A DNA stretch of 5,690 nt, taken from a virus. Both the position numbers and the translations under genes were made by a program. Within the stretch, counting starts at the first letter, position 1. Every line of letters begins with the position of its first letter. The notes under the pieces are model-generated. The model had not been told where the DNA came from. It ran no database searches and was given only the letters and a program-made list of their open reading frames with translations. Positions 1 through 5,536 of this stretch are shown piece after piece. The stretch lies in the IMG/VR virus record IMGVR_UViG_3300045988_031857, positions 1 through 5,690 of that record. One strand, 5' to 3'.

Positions 1-85
1 GTTTTTTTTTTTTTTTGGTAAAATGGAACTATAAACAAAATTATCGAAAGGAGGTTGAAAAAAATGGTAACTATGCAGGACATCA
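1..85. repeat. Terminal redundancy (copy 1) marking a circular genome. Bases 1-85 equal 5606-5690, giving a unit length of 5605 nt.
   Basis: Base-by-base comparison: G + T15 + GGTAAAATGGAACTATAAACAAAATTATCGAAAGGAGGTTGAAAAAAATGGTAACTATGCAGGACATCA occurs at both window ends. The repeat cuts through a terminator (stem at 5583-5606, T-tract at 2-16) and through the 5' end of an ORF, as expected for an assembly overlap rather than a biological repeat. Confidence 0.95.
16..24 (+). promoter_or_regulatory. Possible extended -10 promoter (TGgTAAAAT) immediately after the terminator T-tract. It would drive the 64->3895 gene chain.
   Basis: TGGTAAAAT at 16-24 (duplicate at 5621-5629) matches TGnTATAAT at 8 of 9 defined positions, and a T-rich tract lies upstream. 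There is no good -35 box. The predicted start near 31 lies upstream of the AGGAGG at 49-54. Confidence 0.3.
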
Positions 86-171
86 ACGCAATTTTCAGGC
101 ATCTCAAGAAAATCCTGGACATGCTGGATAAGATTTACAACGCACTGGAACACGACAAGGAGGAAGAGTAA
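64..171 (+). CDS. Hypothetical 35-aa peptide MVTMQDINAIFRHLKKILDMLDKIYNALEHDKEEE. It looks like a single amphipathic helix with an acidic tail; function unknown.
   Basis: AGGAGG at 49-54 sits 9 nt before the ATG at 64. The stop TAA at 169-171 overlaps the next ATG (TAATG), which suggests translational coupling. It is too short for the supplied ORF track. I recognise no family. Confidence 0.55.
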   Translation: MVTMQDINAIFRHLKKILDMLDKIYNALEHDKEEE

Positions 172-290
172 TGGCATACCGCAGCACTGTAAAACCGAAG
201 ACCGACAAGAAGGTGTTCACCAACACGGCAAAAAAGACCAAAAAAATCAATGTCAATCCGAAGCCCAGCAGGGGAGGAATCCGACTGTGA
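171..290 (+). CDS. Small basic DNA-binding/packaging peptide (gokushovirus ORF8 type, the phiX174 protein J analogue), 39 aa: MAYRSTVKPKTDKKVFTNTAKKTKKINVNPKPSRGGIRL.
   Basis: GGAGG at 159-163 sits 7 nt before the ATG at 171. The peptide is highly basic and ends in the RGGxR(L/F) C-terminus. It also carries the K-x-F-x-x-TA-x-x-T-x-x-x-N pattern that I recall from Chlamydia-phage, SpV4 and gut gokushovirus ORF8 peptides. Not in the ORF track (under 60 aa). Confidence 0.85.
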   Translation: MAYRSTVKPKTDKKVFTNTAKKTKKINVNPKPSRGGIRL

Positions 291-487
291 AAAGCATCAG
301 GAACATGGCATGCTGCACACTGACAGTCAGACTGAGATACGACACAGCAGCCGAAATTGATGATCTGGCGGAAGAACTGGGATGCAGCGTGCCGGCAGCG
401 ACACGAAAAGCAATCGAATATGGGATGAGATATCACAAAAAAGATATCATCAACGAAGTTATGGAGGATAACAACAATGACCTTTGA
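287..487 (+). CDS. 66-aa protein with a ribbon-helix-helix (CopG/Arc/MetJ-like) sequence pattern; putative DNA-binding regulator.
   Basis: A GTG start at 287 lies exactly 9 nt after GGAGG (273-277), the same spacing seen for three other genes here. It overlaps the upstream stop (GTGA). TLTVRL looks like a beta-strand, DTAAEIDDLAEELG like helix A, and CSVPAATRKAIEYGMRYH like helix B (G-x-S ... IR-x-A pattern). An alternative ATG start lies at 305. The fold assignment is by eye only. Confidence 0.7.
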   Translation: MKSIRNMACCTLTVRLRYDTAAEIDDLAEELGCSVPAATRKAIEYGMRYHKKDIINEVMEDNNNDL

Positions 488-734
488 ACTTTATGCAATC
501 AAGGACGAACTGGCGGGCACCTTCGGCAACATCATGGTCATCAATCCGATCGTCAAAGAACGCACCTTCAAGTGGATGACACAGGAGATGGAGAAAAGCG
601 ACTGCGAGGATAAGCGGGTCTACCACCTGGGACAGTACGACACCGAAACTGGCCTGATCACGCCGTGCATGCCGGAGCTGGAATGGAACATCGAGCAGGT
701 CAAGAAGACCATGGAGGAAAAAAAGGATGGTTAA
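477..734 (+). CDS. VP5: VP5-like non-structural protein of gokushoviruses, 85 aa (proposed functional analogue of phiX174 protein C).
   Basis: GGAGG at 463-467 sits 9 nt before the ATG at 477, which overlaps the upstream gene by 11 nt. The pattern LYAIKD...G.F......N....ER.F ... YHLGQYDTETG...P matches the VP5 signature I recall ([FY]-x-[IV]-x-D ... A-x-R-x-F ... L-x-x-x-G-x-[FY]-D-x-x-TG). Confidence 0.7.
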   Translation: MTFELYAIKDELAGTFGNIMVINPIVKERTFKWMTQEMEKSDCEDKRVYHLGQYDTETGLITPCMPELEWNIEQVKKTMEEKKDG

Positions 735-1218
735 AATCTTTACACCCTATGAAGATGAAAAACCAAAAAAGAAGCCGAACGAGCCGGGAAATATTATGGA
801 GCCGCAATACAGAGAGCGGTACGATGAAGACGGCAGACCTTACCTTGAACAGGTCGGAGAGGTCAACACGTATGAAAAAATCCAAAGCTACAAAGACGAA
901 GTCGACCCCATGAGCATCCTAGCAAGGTATGCAGCAGGTGATACAACGGTCATGGCTAATCCTGGCTGGTACATCGACACCAGCAAGCTGCCTGCAAACT
1001 ACATCGAATGGCGAAACCTGATGAACGAGCAAAAAGAAAAGTTCGAGACACTGCCGCTGGAAATCCGAAACAAATTCAACAACAGCTTTGACCAGTGGGC
1101 AGCAACCGCAGGAGAAGAAAGCTGGATGAAGGCAATGGGGTTTGAAAAACAGCAAGACGCACAAACAGAGCCAGCTGCAGCAACGGAAACGATTGTCCAA
1201 AAAGGAGAAAATAAATGA
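727..1218 (+). CDS. VP3: Internal scaffolding protein VP3, 163 aa.
   Basis: GGAGG at 713-717 sits 9 nt before the ATG at 727. The position immediately upstream of VP1 and the ATGA overlap with the VP1 start fit VP3. The motifs IQSYKDEVD, ILARYAAGDTTV and FETLPLEIRNKFNNSFDQW resemble the Chlamydia-phage-type scaffold family. Confidence 0.85.
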   Translation: MVKIFTPYEDEKPKKKPNEPGNIMEPQYRERYDEDGRPYLEQVGEVNTYEKIQSYKDEVDPMSILARYAAGDTTVMANPGWYIDTSKLPANYIEWRNLMNEQKEKFETLPLEIRNKFNNSFDQWAATAGEESWMKAMGFEKQQDAQTEPAAATETIVQKGENK

Positions 1219-2909
1219 ACAGAAATAGCGAACAGCATTATAACCAGGTACCACACGCAGAAATCCGGCGAAGCCGTTTCAAAAGAGATTTTTCGCTGCT
1301 GACCACACTCAACGAAGGCGACCTAGTACCGATCTACGTGGACGAGGTATTGCCCGGCGATACCTTCAAGATCGATGTAAACGGCCTAGTGCGCATGGCC
1401 ACTCCGCTGTATCCAGTTATGGATAACTGTAACATGGATATTTTCTTCTTCTTCGTACCGTGCCGACTGCTCTGGGAACACTTCGTGAACATGATGGGCC
1501 AGAACGACAAAAGCTTCTGGGCCGAAAATGTAGAATACACCACACCAAGAGCAAAAGCACCTACAGGAGGATGGAAAACAGGATCAATCGCAGACTATAT
1601 GGGCATACCAACCGGAGTGGAAAACATCGAAGTAAACCGAATGCCCTTCAATGCCTATGCGAAGATCTGGAACGAGTGGTTCCGGGATGAAAATTTACAA
1701 CAGCCTGTAGACGTGTACACCGGAGACGAAACGCTAACCGAGACACCCGTACACGGACCACTAACAGAGATGGAAAAACCGGAAAGAGGAATAGACATCC
1801 TCAAAGTCTGCAAACACAAAGACTACTTCACCAGCAGTCTACCGCAGCCACAGAAAGGCCAGGCCGTTCCGCTGCCACTGACGGGAAATGCACCGTTAAG
1901 AGCTTACAACACACAAGAACTAAACCAACAAAAAATAGGAACAGGCTTTTTTAACAACGAATATAACACCGGAGTTGTAAACCACACAAGTATATCGTTC
2001 ACAAAACAAGGAACGAAATTCTCCGTAAACAAAAACAACAACGGAAACACAGCACCGACAAGCGAAGGGCAGTATCTCGAGACAATGAGCCAAGACGATG
2101 CAAATTTTCTTGACGCATGGTTAGGCACAGACCTCACAACAGTAACCGCAACCACGATCAACGAACTTCGCAACGCCATCGCAGTGCAGCACATCCTGGA
2201 ACGAGACGCACGAACCGGAACCAGGTACAAAGAAATCCTAAAAGGGGCCTGGGGTGTAACCTCACCGGACGCACGACTTGACCGAAGCGAATACATCGGC
2301 GGATACAGAATGCCGATAAACATAAATCAAGTCATTCAAACATCAAGCAGCAGCCAGATCAGCCCGCAGGGCAACACAGCAGCATACAGCATGACAACCA
2401 TGTCCAAACACATGTGCACATACAGCGCAACAGAGCACGGCTATGTCCTGGGCCTGTGCTGCGTGCGAGTAGATCACAGCTATCAGCAAGGATTGAGCAA
2501 ACTGTGGACGAGAAGCACACGGTTCAGCTATTATGACCCGATGCTTGCAAACCTGGGAGAACAGCCGGTGCTCAATCAGGAAATCTATGCACAGGGCAGC
2601 GAAAAAGACGAGGAGGTTTTCGGCTACCAGGAGGCCTGGGCCGATTACAGGTACCGCACAAACATGGTAACATCCGAAATGCGGAGCACCTACGCACAGA
2701 GCCTGGATGCCTGGCACTATGCAGACCACTACACGAGCCTGCCGACACTCTCAAGCGACTGGATCAAAGAAGGCAGCGAGAACATCGCCAGAACGCTGGC
2801 AGTTGAAGACACCAACCACAACTATCAGTTCATCTGCAACTTTTACTTTGACCAAACCTGGACACGGCCCATGCCGATCTACAGCGTGCCTGGCCTTGAT
2901 ACGATCTAA
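1215..2909 (+). CDS. VP1: Major capsid protein VP1 (phiX174 F-protein family), 564 aa.
   Basis: The N-terminus has the hallmark QVPHAEIRRSRF...TTLNEGDLVPIYVDEVLPGDTF. Downstream lie INELRNAIAVQHILERDARTGTRYKEIL and RLDRSEYIGG. Both size and gene order are typical of gokushovirus VP1. Confidence 0.97.
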   Translation: MNRNSEQHYNQVPHAEIRRSRFKRDFSLLTTLNEGDLVPIYVDEVLPGDTFKIDVNGLVRMATPLYPVMDNCNMDIFFFFVPCRLLWEHFVNMMGQNDKSFWAENVEYTTPRAKAPTGGWKTGSIADYMGIPTGVENIEVNRMPFNAYAKIWNEWFRDENLQQPVDVYTGDETLTETPVHGPLTEMEKPERGIDILKVCKHKDYFTSSLPQPQKGQAVPLPLTGNAPLRAYNTQELNQQKIGTGFFNNEYNTGVVNHTSISFTKQGTKFSVNKNNNGNTAPTSEGQYLETMSQDDANFLDAWLGTDLTTVTATTINELRNAIAVQHILERDARTGTRYKEILKGAWGVTSPDARLDRSEYIGGYRMPININQVIQTSSSSQISPQGNTAAYSMTTMSKHMCTYSATEHGYVLGLCCVRVDHSYQQGLSKLWTRSTRFSYYDPMLANLGEQPVLNQEIYAQGSEKDEEVFGYQEAWADYRYRTNMVTSEMRSTYAQSLDAWHYADHYTSLPTLSSDWIKEGSENIARTLAVEDTNHNYQFICNFYFDQTWTRPMPIYSVPGLDTI

Positions 2910-2920
2910 GGAGGTGCACA

Positions 2921-3895
2921 ATGGCAGGATGGGGAGCAATCGCTTTACAGCTACTGCCGAGCGTGGTAGGAGCCCTGGGAAACGTTGCAAGCAGCTATAT
3001 CAACTCGAAAGGGTCAAACAGCAGCGCAATGAACCAAAGCACCATGAACCAACAGGTTGGAAACACGACCATGTCAGGAAACATGAGCCAAGCAACCGGA
3101 ACCCAAGGCGGACAGGTAACGCAGGGTAACACGTCTGGAATATCAGACATCCTGGGAAAGGCTTTAACAGGCATCACGGGAAACAACTCAGGGGCAGCAG
3201 CCAACTTTAACGCCGGACAGGCACAGACCGCAAACAATCTCCAGAACGGACAGTGGGCACTAGGAAATCTAATAAACCTATGGTCAAACGCCAGGGCAAA
3301 CGAGCTGACAGCACAGAGCCAAGCTTCAGCAATGGCATTTAACCGGGAAGAGAGCCAAAAAAATCGAGACTGGCAACAGATGATGTCCAGCACAGCCTAC
3401 CAAAGAGGGGTAGAAGACCTAAAGAAAGCAGGTCTGAACCCAGCACTGGCAGCATACAACGGATTTGGTGCAAGCTCAGGCAGCGGAGGCCAGGCAGCTG
3501 TAGGAAACACAACCTTTAGCCACGCTCAAGCATCAGGAGTTCCAGCAGCACACACGGCCACCATGCAAGCGATGTACGACTACGGGAACAATACATCTCA
3601 GTTCCTGCAGAACGCCATGCAGGCGATCAACACAGCAAAGGAAACAAAAAACTGGGAAGAAGCCGGTTACATGCAAAGTATCATGCAGAATATCGGCTCA
3701 ACATCAGCAAAGACCGTTGGAAACATCGCACAGACCGCAAACAACACCTACAACAACGAACAGTCTGGCAGACAGACTAAAACGCCGACAACCGTAGAAG
3801 CAGGCAAAAAGCTCACAGACGCTGGAAACAATGCGAAAACGAAGGCAGCAGGTGCAGCCCTGTACGGTCTCGGAAAAGCAATGCGAAAATGGTAA
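2921..3895 (+). CDS. VP2: Minor capsid / DNA pilot protein VP2, 324 aa.
   Basis: GGAGG at 2910-2914 sits 6 nt before the ATG. It has a hydrophobic N-terminus (WGAIALQLLPSVVGALGNVA) and a body rich in N, Q, G, S, T and A. The conserved MMSSTAYQRGVEDLKKAGLNPALA motif is typical of gokushovirus VP2, and the gene lies directly after VP1. Confidence 0.9.
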   Translation: MAGWGAIALQLLPSVVGALGNVASSYINSKGSNSSAMNQSTMNQQVGNTTMSGNMSQATGTQGGQVTQGNTSGISDILGKALTGITGNNSGAAANFNAGQAQTANNLQNGQWALGNLINLWSNARANELTAQSQASAMAFNREESQKNRDWQQMMSSTAYQRGVEDLKKAGLNPALAAYNGFGASSGSGGQAAVGNTTFSHAQASGVPAAHTATMQAMYDYGNNTSQFLQNAMQAINTAKETKNWEEAGYMQSIMQNIGSTSAKTVGNIAQTANNTYNNEQSGRQTKTPTTVEAGKKLTDAGNNAKTKAAGAALYGLGKAMRKW

Positions 3896-3924
3896 TTGAC
3901 AGACACAAAAAGGAGGTGTATAAT
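3896..3924 (+). promoter_or_regulatory. Promoter P1: perfect sigma70 consensus, TTGACA (3896-3901), 17-nt spacer, TATAAT (3919-3924).
   Basis: Read directly from the sequence. It begins the base after the VP2 stop (TAA 3893-3895). The predicted start near 3931 lies upstream of the 3966 ORF and rep. Confidence 0.8.
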
Positions 3925-3965
3925 ATGGGTGTAAGAATCGCACACCTAAAGTAGGAGGGCATACC

Positions 3966-4133
3966 ATGAGAAGCCAAATGGCAAAAAGAATGAACATCAA
4001 CCTAACACAAAAACAAATCGAAGAACTAGAGTTCATCAAAACATGCAAACTGTATGATAAATACATCGACAGCGATATCATAAGGGATGCAATTGATGTA
4101 TACGCAGAAGCGCTAGGGTACAAAACAGCATGA
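3966..4133 (+). CDS. 55-aa protein with an RHH-like pattern (MRSQMAKRMNINLTQKQIEELEFIKTCKLYDKYIDSDIIRDAIDVYAEALGYKTA); putative small regulator upstream of rep.
   Basis: GGAGG at 3954-3958 sits 7 nt before the ATG at 3966, and this is the first ORF after promoter P1. RMNINLT looks like a beta-strand, QKQIEELEFIK like helix A and SDIIRDAIDVYAEAL like helix B. Not in the ORF track (under 60 aa). The fold call is by eye and weaker than for 287-487. Confidence 0.65.
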   Translation: MRSQMAKRMNINLTQKQIEELEFIKTCKLYDKYIDSDIIRDAIDVYAEALGYKTA

Positions 4134-4208
4134 GTTACGGCTACCGCCTCACTCAGGGAAGCAACATTTATCCATCACGAGAAGCGAGCAGCATCTAAAT
4201 TTTGTGTC

Positions 4209-4249
4209 AATGGGCCCCAATAAGATCAAGAAGGTTATTGGGGCCCATT
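4209..4249. repeat. Perfect inverted repeat / hairpin: AATGGGCCCCAATAA (4209-4223), an 11-nt loop GATCAAGAAGG, then TTATTGGGGCCCATT (4235-4249).
   Basis: The two 15-nt arms are exact reverse complements. The repeat ends 6 nt before the rep AGGAGG (4256-4261). No T-run follows it, so it is not a canonical intrinsic terminator. Confidence 0.9.
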
Positions 4250-4273
4250 CAGGGAAGGAGGAATGAAACATCT

Positions 4274-5377
4274 ATGCCATGTACGAGGCCGTTGGTTAGA
4301 ACCGTCATCAACAGACAAGAAAGAGTTGTCAGCCTGAAGGCATACTTATCAAAAACAGGCGAAAGGCTAGAGTTTGACGCAGATCAAAGACAGCAGAAGT
4401 GGAACGAACAGCGAGTTAAAAAGCTGCTCAAAGAACAGAATGCTCAGCTGCTACCATGCGGGCACTGTCCTGGATGCAAAATGGCAAACGCAGCATCATG
4501 GGCGAACCGAATGGAAATGGAGCTACCATACCATGAAAACGCCTGGTTTCTAACACTCACATATGATAACGAAAATGTCCCATATCGAGCGACATGGGAC
4601 ACACTGACAGGCGAAGTGATAACAGAAAACCTCAGTCTATGCTATGAGGACATGCAAAGATTCTGGAAACGATTGAGAAGGCACATAGAATACCACGAAA
4701 AAGGAAAAGGAAAGCTGATGTATTTCCAAGCTGGCGAATACGGCAGCCAAACACACAGACCACACTATCACGCAATCGTATACGATCTACCAATAAAACA
4801 GGAAGATTTAAAAGTTTACAAGAAAGAAAGAGGATTCACGTGCTATAACTGCGAATGGCTAGAAAAAATCTGGGGCATGGGACACGTCATCCTAGCACCA
4901 GCAGAATGGCGATCTATGGCATACACAGCAAGGTACACAACAAAAAAGATTTACGGAAAGGACGGCAAAAAATTTTATGAAGAACTAGGTATCATGCCGG
5001 AACAGTGCAATATGAGCAAAAAACCGGCAATCGGCGCACAATACTACTATGACCATGCAGCGGAAATCTACGAAAAAGATCAAATACAGCTAAAGAACGG
5101 AAAAATCTGTAAACCGCCAAGATACTTTGACAAGCTATTTGACATCGACCATGGAGCAAAGCCACTGACAGATGAAGAAGTGCAAAAAATCGAGGATATA
5201 ACAGAAAAAACCGAATCCGAAGAACTGAAAGCAATCAAACGAGAACGCCGAAGAATCGCAAACGACACTCTCTTTGCTCAGCTCAAGCAGACCGGCCTGA
5301 CCATGCAAGATTATTATAAACTGAAAGACGAAAAAATACAAGAACGAATGAGCAAATTGATTCGCACAGAGGTCTAG
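4274..5377 (+). CDS. VP4: Replication initiation protein VP4 (HUH rolling-circle endonuclease, phiX174 A-protein superfamily), 367 aa from the ATG at 4274.
   Basis: It carries PCGHCPGCKMANAASWANR (Cys cluster), FLTLTYD (motif 1), RPHYHAIVY (HUH, HYH at 4763-4771) and AYTARYTTKK (Y-x-x-x-Y-x-x-K, Tyr codons at 4922 and 4934). The track's start at 4202 is a TTG that reads through the hairpin. The ATG at 4274 has AGGAGG 12 nt upstream. The start is less certain than the gene identity. Confidence 0.93.
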   Translation: MPCTRPLVRTVINRQERVVSLKAYLSKTGERLEFDADQRQQKWNEQRVKKLLKEQNAQLLPCGHCPGCKMANAASWANRMEMELPYHENAWFLTLTYDNENVPYRATWDTLTGEVITENLSLCYEDMQRFWKRLRRHIEYHEKGKGKLMYFQAGEYGSQTHRPHYHAIVYDLPIKQEDLKVYKKERGFTCYNCEWLEKIWGMGHVILAPAEWRSMAYTARYTTKKIYGKDGKKFYEELGIMPEQCNMSKKPAIGAQYYYDHAAEIYEKDQIQLKNGKICKPPRYFDKLFDIDHGAKPLTDEEVQKIEDITEKTESEELKAIKRERRRIANDTLFAQLKQTGLTMQDYYKLKDEKIQERMSKLIRTEV

Positions 5378-5440
5378 GGCATCTACAAACAACGAGAACG
5401 GCCAATAAGAGCACAAACCGAAATCTAACCTAAAAGCTAT

Positions 5441-5482
5441 GCTGTCCTCTATTCGTCGGCCGACCACGGCCGACCGGACAGC
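5441..5482. repeat. GC-rich composite stem-loop. The outer stem is GCTGTCC (5441-5447) / GGACAGC (5476-5482). The inner stem is GTCGGCCG (5455-5462) / CGGCCGAC (5467-5474) with loop ACCA.
   Basis: Complementarity was checked base by base. There are 15 bp in total, with an asymmetric internal loop (TCTATTC against C). It is a GC island in the otherwise A-rich rep-downstream intergenic region, about 20 nt upstream of the P2 -35 box. Confidence 0.8.
5457..5475. repeat. Tandem direct repeat CGGCCGACC-A-CGGCCGACC (10-nt period). The first copy lies within the 10-nt palindrome GTCGGCCGAC (5455-5464).
   Basis: Read directly from the sequence. This is the same DNA as the inner stem above, so it can act either as a hairpin in ssDNA or as a repeated site on one face of the helix in dsDNA. 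Confidence 0.85.
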
Positions 5483-5501
5483 CAAAAAATTAAAATAATA
5501 C

Positions 5502-5530
5502 TTGACAAGTGTATATTTTAGGTGTATAAT
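5502..5530 (+). promoter_or_regulatory. Promoter P2: perfect sigma70 consensus, TTGACA (5502-5507), 17-nt spacer, TATAAT (5525-5530), with an A/T-rich UP-like tract at 5484-5500.
   Basis: Read directly from the sequence. It shares the 12-mer AGGTGTATAATA (5520-5531) with P1 (3914-3925). Confidence 0.8.
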
Positions 5531-5536
5531 AGATGC

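Noticed and set aside
1-85. The 85-nt direct terminal repeat as a biological DTR/LTR or a transposon end.
   Set aside because: It is exact, it bisects a terminator and an ORF, and the content is a microvirus, which has a circular ssDNA genome. It is an assembly or linearisation overlap.
287-734. RHH-like ORF plus an overlapping 85-aa downstream ORF read as a type II toxin-antitoxin pair.
   Set aside because: The size and overlap are TA-like, but the 85-aa protein matches the conserved gokushovirus VP5 pattern. It shows no RelE/ParE/CcdB-like features that I can recognise. The overlap is the norm for every gene junction in this genome.
665-913. + strand overlapping ORFs in alternative frames: 665-913, 1460-1690 and 2707-3129.
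   Set aside because: None has a GGAGG upstream, unlike every real gene here. Their products are Arg/Lys/Thr/Pro-rich with no motif. They are explained by stop-codon depletion on the T-poor strand. None has a hydrophobic segment that would suggest an E-like lysis peptide.
4153-4257. 9-nt direct repeat TCAGGGAAG at 4153-4161 and 4249-4257.
   Set aside because: Exact 9-mers are expected to recur by chance dozens of times in 5.6 kb, and there is no additional structure around them.
4202-4273. The track's TTG 4202 start for rep (N-terminal extension MCQWAPIRSRRLLGPIQGRRNETS).
   Set aside because: The extension is simply the translated 15-bp palindrome, has no SD and uses a weak TTG. The ATG at 4274 follows AGGAGG (4256-4261), and the conserved Rep sequence begins after it.
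4134-4330. An antisense (countertranscript) RNA gene in the RHH-rep spacer, by analogy with pMV158 RNAII.
   Set aside because: On the minus strand I found only weak -35/-10 candidates, for example CTGACA-17-GATGAC. The palindrome is not followed by a T-run in either orientation. There is no sequence support for this.
4263-4337. ATG at 4263 opening a 24-codon frame (MKHLCHVRGRWLEPSSTDKKELSA) that overlaps the rep start.
   Set aside because: The ATG is only 1 nt from the end of the AGGAGG, which is too close for initiation. It is out of frame with rep and has no recognisable features.
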